A stretch of 64,000 bases of DNA from contig NC_086097.1 in the NCBI RefSeq assembly GCF_963921235.1, forward strand, positions 89,220,001-89,284,000. The letters are read 5' to 3'. The notes below the pieces were generated by a model. That model saw nothing but the letters and a program-made list of their open reading frames with translations. It had not been told where the DNA came from and did no database searches. Positions 24,901-37,465 of this stretch are shown in pieces. The first letter of the stretch is position 1. Every line of letters begins with the position of its first letter. This DNA is from Mobula hypostoma (Eukaryota). Both the position numbers and the translations under genes were made by a program.

Positions 24901-26338
24901 TGCCTGGCCTGCTGAGTTCATCCAACACTTTGTGTATGTTGCTTGGATTTCCAGCATCTGCAGAATTTCTCTTGTTTGTGATGGAGTGAAGACCTGGAGA
25001 AATGTGGGTTGAGCAGGATTTGTGTTATGGACTGCTAAATGAGAGAAAACCGCCACGACTCTGTCTCTGGCAATGCACGAGGCAGAGAGGAAGGCAGAAG
25101 TCACACAACCTGCTGTCTGGAGCAGGAGCAGCAGCAGCAGAGAGGAGGATTTGGATGAGAAAAAGACTGGTGTGGAAAATTACACTGTAGCTTGAAAAGA
25201 GTTAGGCTAAATAGGAAAACCTTTGAAACAGACCTCTCTGTCACCAGCTAAAGTGATTCTCCTATGAGAACATAGACCACCAGCATCAAGAGGCAGAAAG
25301 TGTATGAAACTTGGTCATATTAGATTAATTCAGCTTTGGTTTTGGTTTGAAACTGCCTTAGGTGAATCAAAACAGACTATCCTACAAAAGAAGAGACTGA
25401 GCATTTTCAGAGTAGTTTATTGAGTGAAAGGCAGATTTCCAGAAATCATATAAAGTATTGCCAATAACTTAATGCTAGAAGAAGAAAGCCTTTCAGTCTA
25501 TACTAAGTTTGGGCATCGTATGAAGTTGGAAGGTTTACAAAGACAAACAGCTGAGCTTTGAGAAATGCCAAAATGACTGAGCTGAGAGTTTCCACGTATG
25601 TAGTTTGGTACTAGAGTGAGTCGGTGCTTCAGTGCAGGTATTTAAGGGGTCCCAATACTTAAGGAAGTGCAGTGAAGGGAAGCGACTTGCCCATGGTAAA
25701 AACTAATAAGACAGAAGGTGATGGAAGTGTACAGGAGTAAAGACAATCCAGAAACGGACTGTGAAAAAATATTTGTCAACAAAACTCCACACAAGATGAT
25801 GTTAGTTGAGAACCAGGAAATCTCTGAGAATGCCCATTTCGTATTTTCAGCTGTTGAATCGGAGAATGAAGTGACTACAAAGCCAGCACTGAGAAGTTCC
25901 CATGTGCTGAAAATGGTCATCTGCCCATCGTTATCCAATTTTAAGGCAATGTCAGTCAACCCAAGATAAAGCTGACGCAAGGTGGGGAATATGCTGATTC
26001 AGTGACACAAATGGAAATGTGAGCATCCTGGGCCAAAGCTGTATGTGATTTTGCTAGGACATCCAACTGCCCTGCACAAGAAGTAGATCAAGAAAGACAG
26101 GGATTTCCAATCTGCTTATAGTAATGAAGATGTAGTGGAGACCACCAAAGCCAATGGATATTTTAGATGTAAAGTGAATAGTTTGGAAGAAGAGTGAAAT
26201 AACCAATGGGAACCACTGCTCATTGTAAAATAACATGCACTCCTGAAGAGGAGGCAGTGCCTGAGACATCATCATAGGTTTTGGACCAGAACAGTCTTAA
26301 AGAATGGAATCAGAGTATAATAGAAACTGATGACAAAG

Positions 26339-27938
26339 CTTTTTGGCACAATTATTTCCTAAAATTTTAACGTCTTTACCTATGATTGACCGAGCTCATA
26401 GATTGCCTGAGCCCAGACCAGCTCCAGGAGCGAGACCCAGATCAGTAATAATCTGTTTTCATGAATTTCAAACAAAGGAACTTTTAATTCGTGAATCCCA
26501 TCGAAAAAGAGGATTGAGGATTTCTCAGCCGAGATCATGGATGAGCGTGCTAAGTTCAAAAAGGTTATGTCGGAACTTTTTAACAAAGGTTTCAAGCCTT
26601 ATCCTGCTTCGCTCAGAATTATACTGAGGGATGGCTCTAAGGAATGGTTCTGTTTGAGTGACGAGGTTCAGGAATTTTTAAAATCAGAAAATTAACTGTT
26701 CAGTATCTTTCTACATAAGTAATTGCTTCTTTTACTTTTGATAAACCTTTGTAGCTAACTCTCTTTTTGAATCTTTTAACGCTTTATTTAGAGAATAAGA
26801 TTCTAACGAGTTAACACCTTGTGTGTTCATGTGTTTTGAATTTTGAAAGGTTTTTTTTATTTTATATTATGCTTAATCTTCTTGAGGTTTTTCTCTATCA
26901 ATAAGGCTCAGTATAGGATTTTTTCATTTTGAAACTGTAATCATTAATTTATATGTGTTTTTGTTATGAGGGTTAAGTTTTTTCTTTCTGTCTGCTGTTT
27001 TGTCTAGGTTGGAATGCAGCTAACCTTGAAATTAATTTGGAGCCAAACCAGTAGGTTTTCGGGGGGATGGTAGTTGTAGCTGCCGAATGTCTATTGGCCG
27101 GCTTTCTGACTTTGGGAGGAGGGACGGGGGATGGATTTTTTTTTCTGGAAGCTGTTCTGGACTCTTAGCCAAATCTGTTGCTTGGTTACCCTATCTCAAG
27201 GTTCATTGTTTGGTTTTAATATACATTCCAGTGGTCATTACTCTAACCTTTCTTTTAAATAGTATTAAAAATGGATCAAACTATTAACTTACTTAGTCTT
27301 AACATGAAAGGATTAAATCACCCTGTGAAATGCAATAAGATTTTTGCCTATATTAAAAAACTTAAGGTCCTAATTTTTTTTACAAGAAACTCACATATGT
27401 AAATGTGACAACTTACGCCTTTTTTGCCGATGGAGAGGACCACATTTTAATTCCTCTTTTCAGGCTATGTCTAGGGGAGTTTCGATTTTTATGGATAACA
27501 CAGTTCCCTTCGTCCAACATAAAGTAGTATCTGATACTAATGACCATTTTGTTATAGTGTCAGGAAAATTAGATAATAAATTAATGGTATTTGCTAATCT
27601 GTATGCCCCGAATATAGATGACCCAGGATTCTTTGAGCGTTTCTGTTTTCGTTTTTGCCAGATTTGAGTCTTTATTCATTTGCGATGGGAGGAGACTTTA
27701 ATTGCTGGTTAGATCCAGTTTTAGACCGGTCATCTTCTAAACCAGCGACACTTAATAAATCAACTTTGTTTATTCAATCTTTTCTAATGAAATGTGGTAT
27801 TGTTGATATCTGGCGTCTTTTATATCCAGTAGACAGGGAGTATTCATTTTTTTCTCATGTCCATCACACGTATGCCAGGATTGATTTTTTTTTATTGATA
27901 GCCAAATGATTCCTGTGAATATAAAGAGATTGCTGTCT
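26339..27938 (+). mobile_element. Internal L1-clade fragment (ORF1 3' part, spacer, ORF2 endonuclease), no 3' end, flanked by a 52-bp direct repeat
   Basis: IDRAHR...PRSVIICF (ORF1); SLNMKGLN, QETH, NLYAPN, GGDFNC and YSFFSHVH (endonuclease); repeats at 26287-26338 and 27939-27990. Confidence 0.85.
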
Positions 27939-28696
27939 CAGAACAGTCTTAAAGAATGGAATCAGAATATAATAGAAACTGATGACAAAGGGTGGTGAAA
28001 ATAAGGGATCAAGGGAAGTTTAAAGAAAACTTAGACAATGATTCATATAGTTTTAGTTTATCCTTTAATGGCATATTGTCCAAGGATGTGCAGGAACAGA
28101 AGAAGCTGAGAGTGGTATATGTCTTTTGAAGGAGGTAATCAAAAACTGGCTGTGGTCCAAGAAAACACGTCACCAATTTCATGGGAATGCTTTCTAGTTA
28201 GCTTGGTGAAGTGAAAGGTGCCATAACCTTTCAATCACTTCTAGATAGGAAGGACATGCCAGAATACTGTGCAAAAAATGTATAAAACACCAGGAACCTA
28301 GACCGGTCGGTTCGACCTCAGACGTGAAGCATCTTTAAGAAACAATGATCATGAAAATAATCTATAGGCATTAGGGAAAACAGGGAACTGGCATGAATTA
28401 AAGTCAAATGTTATTGACTGATAGTTAATAATGAATTTTTAATAAGGTAATGTAGAAGATTGATGAGAATGTGGTGCATGTCACCTCATGAATTTTCAGA
28501 AGGCATTGATAATCATACAGAAAGCCGTGTGCATAGTTAAGGTGCAGGGAATTAAACAGCTCCTATATTGTAACAAAAGCAGCATGGTTATAAAATTGGC
28601 CTAAATGCAGAGAATAGTGGAAATTAGTTGTTTCTCCAGACTGAAAGACAATCAACAGTTTTGTTCATGCATAGTAATTCTGGAAGAGTATTGGGG

Positions 28697-31600
28697 GGTG
28701 GCATGGTAGCGTAGTGGTTAGCACAACGCTTTACAGTACCAGTGACCCAAGTTCAATTCCCATTGCTGCCTGTAAGGAGTTTGTACGTCCTCCTCGTGAC
28801 TGCATGGGTTTCCTCTGGGTGCTCCAGTTTCCTCCCATAGTCTAAAGGTTGGCAGTTTAATTGGTCATTATCTCCTTCTTTTCTTTTCAAATCTTTTTAT
28901 TGTTATACACAGGAAAAATAACATGAGTACATCGAAGTAACAACACTTACAATGCCTCAAAAAAAATTATCTTAAGGATTGAAAAAAAATTTTGTGATAA
29001 CAAAAAAAACCTACTGAGCAGAAAAGTGAGGAAAAAAAAGAACCCATTAGGTATACAACCCCATAGTTATGCGTCATACAAAAAACTTCTAAAAATAAAC
29101 ATCAAACTGCCAGCAAGAAAAGAAAATATACTAAAAAAATTTACAATTAGATCGTGGAAAAATTATATCAATTAACTCAAATGATAATAACGAGCAAATG
29201 AGCCCCATCTTTTCTCAAAATCAAATAAAGGTTCAAAGGTTCAACTTCTAATTTTTTCCAAACTAAGACATAGCATCACTTGAGAGAACCATTGTGACGA
29301 AGTGGGAGCTGATGTATCCTTCCACTTCAACAAAATGGCCCTCCTAGCTATCAATGTAACAAATGCAATAACATGTTGGTCAGACACAGAAATACCATGA
29401 ATATTTTGAGGAACTATTCCAAAGAGCACAGTTAATTTATTAGGTTGTAAATTAATTTTAAGTGCTTTAGAAATTGTTGAGAAAACCGACTTCCAGAACT
29501 GTTCCAATATAGAACAAGACCAAAACATATGTGTCAGTGTAGCTATCTCAGTTTTACATCTATCACAATGACTATCAACATTAGGAATGATTTTAGAAAG
29601 CCTCTCCTTTGTCAAATGATAGTGATGTACAATTTTAAATTGAATCAATGAATGGCTAGCACAAATTGAAGAAGAGTTAACTAACTTCAATATCCGCATC
29701 CAATCCTCCGTCATAAAAGTCAAATTAAGTTCCTTTTCCCAATCCTGTTTAATCTTAGATAATAAATTATAAATTCTTCCAATAGAACACTTAATCAAAG
29801 GATTCATACTCATAATAGTATCTAACAGGTCAGCCTCCAAAATGTAGGGAAAATTGCTTAAATATGTTTGTAAAAAATATCTAACTTGAAAGTATTGCAG
29901 AAAGTGTGAGTATGAAAGAGAATATTTATCAATTAATTGTTCAAAAGACATCAATCTATCTTCTTTAAATAAATCCAAAAAAGAATTAATACCTTTATTT
30001 TTCCAAAGCAAAAAAAATTGGATCACTCAAAGAAAGCTTAAAAAAGTAATTTCGGTAAATTAAACTACAAAGTTTAAATTTTTTAAGATTAAAAAAATTG
30101 CGGAACTGCAGCCAAATTTGTAAAGAATACCTAATCACAGGATATAGGTATAAATTAACAACTTTACCTAATTGCATAGGTAAAGGAGCTCCCAATAATG
30201 AGGTTAAATAAAACTGTTTTACAACTTTCAGTTCCAGGTCTACCCAAATTGGCCGATCACTCTTATCAACCCAGTATAACCAAAAAGACATATATCGTGC
30301 ATTAATAGCCCGATGATACATTCTAAAATTAGGCAAAGCAAGACCTCCATCCTTTTTCAATTTTTGTAAATGACATTTACTAATTCTTGGTCTTTTATTA
30401 TTCCAAATAAAAGATAAAATAATAGAATCAATCCGATCAAAAAACTTACTAGTCAAAAAAACAGGAATATTCTGAAATAAATATAAAAAATTCAATAAAA
30501 TCATCATTTTAACTATATGAATACGACCAACAAGTGAACATGTAAGTGGACTCCATCTACTAAATAAATACATCATACAGTCTACTAAGGGAACAAAATT
30601 TGCTTTATAAAGATCCTTATATTTTTTAGTAATTATAATACCTAAATATCTAAAAGAGTCTGAAACTTTAAAAGGAGTATTATCATATATAGAGACAGAA
30701 TCATTTAAATGAAACAATTCACTTTTACTAAAACTTATTTTATATCCTGAAAAACCTCCAAATTCATTAAATAATTTTAGCAAGGCAGGAATGGATTTGT
30801 CAGGGTTAGATATATAAACCAATAAATCATCAGCATAAAGAGAGCCCTTATGCATGGTCTCATTCACAAAGATCCCATGGATATTTTTAACCTCACGAAG
30901 AGCAATAGCAAGGGGTTCTAATATTAAATTAAACAACAAAGGTCTTAATGGACAGCCTTGCCTTGTCCCCCATGAAAGCTGAAAAAAAGGAGACCTACAA
31001 TTGTTAGTTACAACAGTAGCAATAGGGGCTTTATATATCATTTTAATCCAATTATTAAAATTAACACCAAAGCCAAATCTCTCTAAAACATTGAATAAAT
31101 ATTTCCATTCGACTCGGTCGAACGCTTTTTCAGCATCCAAAGATACAACACATTGTGAAGTTTTAGAAGAGGATGAATATATAATGTTAAATAGTCTCTG
31201 AACATTTGAAAAAAGAATAGCAACCCTTTTTAAAGCCTGTTTGATCTTTACAAATAATTTTACCCAAAATATTCTCCAACCGATTGGCCATTATCTTTGA
31301 CAAAATCTTAGCGTCAACATTCAGTAATGAAATAGGTCTATATGAAGCACAGTCAGTAGGATCTTTATCTTTTTTAAGAATTAAAGAAATAGAAGCCTCA
31401 TAAAAAGTAGAGGATAAGTCACCTTTCACAAAAGAATCCTTAAACATTTCCAACATATACGGAGAGAGCAACTTTCCAAATTTTTTATAAAATTCTACAG
31501 GATAGCCATCAAGTCCTAGGGACTTGACAGATTGCATTGAAAAAATAGCTTTATGAATTTCGGCTTCAGTAATTTGAGCATCGAGAGTTTTTTGATCCTC

Positions 31601-32920
31601 AGCTGAGATTTTAGGAAAAACAATCTTTTATAAAAAAGCATTCATTTTTGAGGAATCTAACAGACATTGAGATTTATATAGCTCAGCATAAAAATCTTGA
31701 AAAATCTTATTAATTTCTTCATATTCCTGAGCTAAGGTACCATCTTTCCTACAAATTTTCATGATTTGCCTTTTGGCTGCAGCCATTTTTAATTGAGATG
31801 TAAGCAGTTTATTATTTTTAACTCCAGACATATAAAATTGGCTCTATAACTTAAGCAAATAACCTTCAATGGGATGAGTTAATAACAGGTTATATTGTGA
31901 TTGAAGTTCCACCCTTTGTTTAAATAAATCAGTATTGGGGGAAATTGCATAAATATTATCTAAATCTTTAATTTGTTTTGAAATTTTATCTAATTCTGCT
32001 TTAGTTTGTTTTTTAAGTTTAGCTGAATAAGAAATAATCTGACCACGTAAAAATGCTTTAAATGTATCCCATATAACTAATTTAGACGTACCCCCTATAT
32101 CATTAAAAAGAAAAAATTCTTTTATCTGGGTTTCAATGAAACTGACCAAGTCAGAGTTTTGCAATAATGTCTGAGACAGGCAAGAATGACATCATCAAAT
32201 TCAAAAGACAAACTCAGAGGCGCATGATCAGATATAGCAATAGCGTCATATTTGCAAGTTTTAACACTAGGCAAGAAGCAGGGATCGATTATAATATAAT
32301 ATTTTTTATAAACATGTGAGAAGAAAGAATATTTTCTATTATTGGGATGAAGATACCTCCACAAACCAATCAACCCAAAATCAATCAAAAAGGAATTAAT
32401 AAATGATGCAGATCGATTTGGAAGTCGCTGATTGGTTGAGCTCTTATCAATCATAGGATTTAAACAGCAATTAAAATCCCCACCCATTATGAGCATATAT
32501 TCATTTAAGTCAGGCAGTAAAGCAAATACCTTTTTAAAAAAAGAAGGATCATCTAAGTTAGGACCATACAAATTAACCAAAACAACTTTTCTGTTACAGA
32601 TTGTTCCTTTAACAATTAAAAATCTACCATTAGAATCTGATTCAATATCCTCTTGAATAAATATATTAGGTTTAATGAAAATAGACACACCTTTTGTTTT
32701 ACTCTGAGAAGTAGAGTGGAATTGCAAACCATTACACCATCTAAAAAATCTATTTTGATCTCCCGCCCTGATATGTGTCTCTTGAGCAAAAATTATATCA
32801 GGTTGGAATCTGGTCATTGTCTCTTGATTAGACTAGAATTAAATTGGATGGGTTGCTGAGCGGCGCAGCTCAAAGGGCCAGATCCACATTGTAGGACAAT
32901 AAATAATAAAATAAATAAAA
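28697..32920 (+). mobile_element. V-SINE (HE1-like) split by an L1: 5' part 28697-28874, 3' part 32811-32920
   Basis: tRNA-like head (tagcgtagtgg / gttcaattccc), V-domain-like ggagtttgtacgt...gggtttcctctgggtgctccagtttcctccca; the tail resumes after the L1. Confidence 0.75.
28875..32810 (-). mobile_element. L1-clade LINE with nearly complete but frameshifted ORF2 (EN, RT, Cys-rich C-terminus)
   Basis: AQETH, NLYGPN, GGDFNC, SDHAP; YRPISLLN, DAEKAFDRV, GTRQGCPL, LYADD; CDRC...HMFWSC; TSD tggtcattatctc (28862-28874) / tggtcattgtctc (32811-32823). Confidence 0.93.
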
Positions 32921-33089
32921 AGCTGCTTTAATCTTCTATCTTTTATTAGCACAAAGGGAAGCCATTCAACCAAATGGTACCATGCTGTTTGCCCGTTCTC
33001 TGCACGCCTGCAATTTATTCCATTTCACACATGCCCATCAACTCTTCTTTATTGAGCACCTCCAGTCCATCCACCAAAAATGGAATTTC

Positions 33090-33602
33090 CTCTCCCCATT
33101 CCCGTTCTGACATGTCGGTCCGTGGCCTCCCCTTTTGCCACGATGAGGCCACTCTCAGGATGGAGGAGCAACGCCTCATATTCCAGCTGGGTGCCCTCCA
33201 ATCTGATGGCATGAACGTCGATTTCTCCTTCCAGTAAAAAAATAATAATAATAAAATAAAAAAATTCCCTCCCCCTTCCCTCTTCTTCCATTCCCCACTC
33301 AGGCAGGTGAGGAGAAGAGATAAGAAGCCAATCGCCTCCACCTAGTGCCCCTCCTCCTTCCCTTTGTCCTCTCCTTTCTTCACAGATCCCTTCTCCTTCT
33401 GCCCTTTGCCTTTCCCACCCAGCTGGCTTCATCTATCATCTTCTTGCTTGTCCTCCTCCCCCTCCCCCCCCCACTTTTATTTCTCTGGCACCTTCCTCCT
33501 TCCTTTCCAGTGCTGAAGAAGGGTCTCAGCCGAAATGTCGACTGTTTATTCATTTCCATAGATGTTGCCTGACCTGCTAAGTTCCTCCAGCACTTTTGTG
33601 TG
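33090..33602 (+). mobile_element. Penelope-like element 3' fragment (GIY-YIG C-terminus, pyrimidine-rich UTR, hammerhead-like motif)
   Basis: EATLRMEEQRLIFQLGALQSDGMNVDF resembles the PLE endonuclease C-terminus; CTGAAGA...GAAATGTC at 33508-33544. Confidence 0.75.
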
Positions 33603-34134
33603 TAACTCTCCTTTGAGTCTTATTATCACTAAGTCAATTAAGGGGTGATTTACAGGAGACAAATAGCCCACCAGCATGTTTTTGGGACTGGAGCACCAGG
33701 AGGGAATCCCACTCAGCTGTGGAGAGAATGTACGAACTCCACTCAGATAGCTTCTGAAGCCAGAATTGAACCCAGAATCCTGCGACGCCACTGTGACTTA
33801 GACAGAATCAAGATCAAAATCAGGTTTATTATCACCGACGTGTCATGAAATTTGCTGTTTTGTGCCAGCAGTACAGTGCAAGATATGAAAATTATCATGA
33901 GTTACAAAAAAATAGATAATACGAAAGAGGAATAATGAGATCATGTTCATTAGTTCATGAACCATTCAGAAACCTGAGGGTGGATAGGAAAAAGCTGTTT
34001 TTAAAACACTGAGTGTGAGCCTTCGGGCTCCTGTATCTCCTCCCGGATGGTAATAACAAGAAGGGGGCAAGTCCCAGATGGTGATGGTCTTCTTGAGGCA
34101 CAGGAACACTAGGATTGCTCTATTAGACAAATAT

Positions 34135-35075
34135 GAACATAAGACATAGGAGTAGAACTAGGCCATTGAGCCCACTGAATCTATTCTGCCATTTGTCCAA
34201 GGTTCATTTATCTTCACTCTCAACCTATTCTCCTACCTTTCTCCATAACTTTGGTACCCTTAGTAATCAAGAAGCTTACAATCTCGGCTTTAGATATATC
34301 CTATGATTTGGCCTACACAGCCAACTGTAGCAATGAATTCCACAGATTCACCACCCTCTGGCCAAAGAAATTCCTCGTTCTCTTTTCTAATTGGATGTCC
34401 TATTCTGAGGCTGGGCTCCTAGACTCCGCCACTATTGGAAACATCCCCGTGATATCCACCCTATCTAGCCTTTCAAAATACAGTAGGTTTCATTGAGTTG
34501 ATTCGTCATTCTTTAAAACTCCAAACAGTACAAGTCCACTGCCCGCAAAATCACCTCATACATTAATCCTTTCATTCTTTGGATCATTTGTGTAAATTTC
34601 CTTTGAAACCTCCCCAATACTAGCACGTCCCTTCTTAGACATGGAGCCCAAAACTTCTCACAATACTCCACAAACCTGAGAAAGTCTGCAGATGCTGGAA
34701 ATCCAAAGCAACACACATAAAATGCTAGAGGAATTCAGCAGACCAGGCAGAATCCATGGAAAAGAGTAAAGAGTCAATGTTTCAAGCCAAGACCCTTCCT
34801 TGGGACTTGAGAAGGGTACTGAGGAAGGGTCTCAGCCTGAAACATCAACTGTTTATTCTTTTCCATAGATGCTGCCTGACCCGTTGAGTTCCTCTTGCAT
34901 TTTGTGTGTGTTGCTCACAATACTCCAAGTGTGGTCTGTCCATTGCCTTATACAAATTCAGCATTGCATTCTTGCTTTTATATATTACTCCTCTCAAAAT
35001 GAATGCTTACGTTGTATTTGTCTTCCATACTACCAGCTCAACCTGCAAGTTAACCTTTCGGGAGTCCTACACTAG
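34135..35075 (-). mobile_element. Degraded CR1 3' fragment interrupted by a palindromic PLE mini-element (34671-34913)
   Basis: CR1 RT remnants (EYCEKFWAP, QRKFTQMI); 14-bp TSD ctcacaatactcca at 34657-34670 and 34914-34927. Confidence 0.8.
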
Positions 35076-35164
35076 ATTGTATCCGTACTTTTATACTGTA
35101 CGTGAAGAAAACTGAGAGGTGATTTTATTGAAATATGCAAATACCCGGAGGACATTTCGCTCAA

Positions 35165-35326
35165 TGCACACAAAATGCTGCAGGAACTCAGCAGGCCAGG
35201 CAGCTTCGCGGAAAAGAGTACAGTCGACATTTCAGGCCAAAAACCTTCGACAGGGCCTGCTGAGTTCCCCCAGCATTTTGTGTGTGTTGCTAGGATTTCC
35301 AGCATCTGCAGATTTTCCTCTTGTTT
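35165..35326. mobile_element. Palindromic PLE-terminus mini-element
   Basis: cacacaaaatgctgcaggaactcagcaggcc ... ggcctgctgagttcccccagcattttgtgtg inverted arms around one hammerhead-like motif. Confidence 0.7.
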
Positions 35327-36682
35327 GTGGGAGGACAGTTCGCCTCTGGTCTTGGGAAAGTAGTTTTAAAAAAGGGGATGAGGGAGAATTTCTTCTTAAA
35401 AATTACCTTTATTTGTCACGTCTTCATTGAAACATCAAAATGTGCAGTGAAATGCATAGGTTGTGCCAACGTCCAACACAGTCTGAAGATGTGCTGGGGG
35501 CAACCTACAAGAGTCACCCTGTTCCAGTGCCAACATCGCATGCCCACCACTTGCTAATCCTGGAATGGGAAAGGAAATAAGAGCACCCAAGGAAACAGAA
35601 TGATCACGGAAAAATGTATAACGTCCTTATAGACAGTGGTGGGAATTGAACCCTGATCTTCCAATTGCTGGTGGTGTGACACCGTTACGGTAAGTGCAAT
35701 GCGCTGCACCACCCTATAGGACGACAGGGGTTGTGAGTGTCGCACAAAGTTGCGGAGGCTGAATTCTTTAACATGTTTAAAACTGATGTAGATTATTATT
35801 CAGTAAGGGAGTCGAGAAATATGGAGAGTGGGGTTGGGTGGGGGCAAAGTGGACCAGGAAGGTTAGGTAAGCTCTGATCTTACTGCATAGCAGAGAGGCC
35901 TCACTGCCTGGGCCTGTCCCTATTTCGTATCTTGTTTCACTGTATAATGCTCATATCGCTCAAGGTTGACCATGGATGTTGTGTCCTAGCTGTCTAGGTA
36001 TCCTTTTTGGTGGGGGGATGGTGGCTGGAGGTTGATGCTTGCTGCTGCTTGCACGGGGGAGGGGGAGAAGGGGGGATTTGGGGTTCTGATGTTTCTCTGT
36101 CATTCATTCTTTTGGGGTTCTGTTCTTCGTGGATGTCTGCGAAGACAAATATTTCAGTTTGTACACTGTATACATAAACAACAACCATTTGAACAGTATG
36201 GAGAGCAAGCTGTTGCCCACGTAGCAGGCTCCCCTTCCCCACACAACTGAGGAACCCAAAGGAAATCATCGCGGGAGCATCGCGGGAGTTGCCAGTCAGT
36301 ATTGAACTCAACGTGGGACTGCCTTAGGGACTCCAGCTCTGGACTCTCCCCTCAGGGTTACTCCCTTCCCCATGAGTGGGTATAGCCTCAAAGCAGTGGA
36401 ATCCTCTGAGATCAGAGTCTTCCTTCTCGATGAGTTACCAATCATGGCCGACGAGCCCCATCTACCTGAAATATAATCCATCCTAAACATGAGAGAGGCA
36501 AATTTATTTTTGTGTATTAATGAGAGGCCGCGTATATTTTCTACACGTATTTGTAATGTGAAGTCATTTCCCTTTGTAAAGTTGGTCTGGATATCCAGAG
36601 TCTCTTCCCCACTGTTGTCACTAGGTGGGGCTGCTGGGACACAACTGTCCTTTGGAGTCTGAGGGGTTTTGATGGAAACATA

Positions 36683-37209
36683 CACTCAGTGGCCACTTTA
36701 CTAGGTACACCTTTGCACACACTTATTCAGTCAGTCACGTGGCAGCAACTCAATGCAAAAAAGCATGCAGACATGGTCAAGAGGTTCAGTTGTTGTTCAG
36801 ACCAAACTCGGAACGCGGAAGGAATGTGATCTAAGTGATTTTGACATTGTTGGTGCCAGACGGGATGGTTTGGGTGTCTCAGGAATTGCTGATCTCCTGG
36901 GATTTTCACTCACAATGGTCCCTAGAGTGTGTGTGGAAACAAAAAACATCCTATGAGCAGCTGTGGATGAAAATGCCTTGTTAATGAGAGAGGTCAGACG
37001 AGAATGGATAGACTGGTTTAAGCTGACAGGAAGGTGACAGTAACTCAAGTAACCATACTTTACGACAGTGGTGTGCAAAAGAACATCTCTGAATGCACAA
37101 CAGGTTGAACCTTGAAGTGGATGGGCTACAGCAGAAGCAGGCCATGAACATACACTCAGTGTCCACATTATTAGGTACAGGAGGTAACTAGTAAAGTGGC
37201 CACTGAATG
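36683..37209 (+). mobile_element. Tc1-derived non-autonomous transposon with transposase HTH remnant
   Basis: TA TSDs; TIRs cactcagtggccactttactag / ctagtaaagtggccactgaatg; DLSDFDIVGARRDGLGVSGIADLLGFS (Tc1 N-terminal HTH); extra left TIR at 37153. Confidence 0.88.
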
Positions 37210-37426
37210 TATCTGTTTTTCAGCCCCAAGGGAAGTCAGCTTTGGGTAACTCCCTTCTTTCCCTTTTGGTAGGTTATGAGCTTAGCCACATATTAGCCTG
37301 CTAACATAGCTGACACTAAAGTGTGTTAGAGGCAGACAGCATTGCGTCAGCAGATGAGGTAGCTGTCAGAGAGGGAGAAAAGTAGATGATGTTTCAGCTT
37401 GTAAACTGTGCTTCTCTCTACAAATG

Positions 37427-37465
37427 TGAGAGAGAGAGAGAGAGAGAGAGATAGATAGATAGATA
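37427..37465. repeat. (GA)n(GATA)n microsatellite
   Basis: Direct reading. Confidence 0.9.

Noticed and set aside
28697..28765. tRNA gene
   Set aside because: A/B boxes are present but run into a V-SINE body; no intact cloverleaf. The same applies to 12912-12985.
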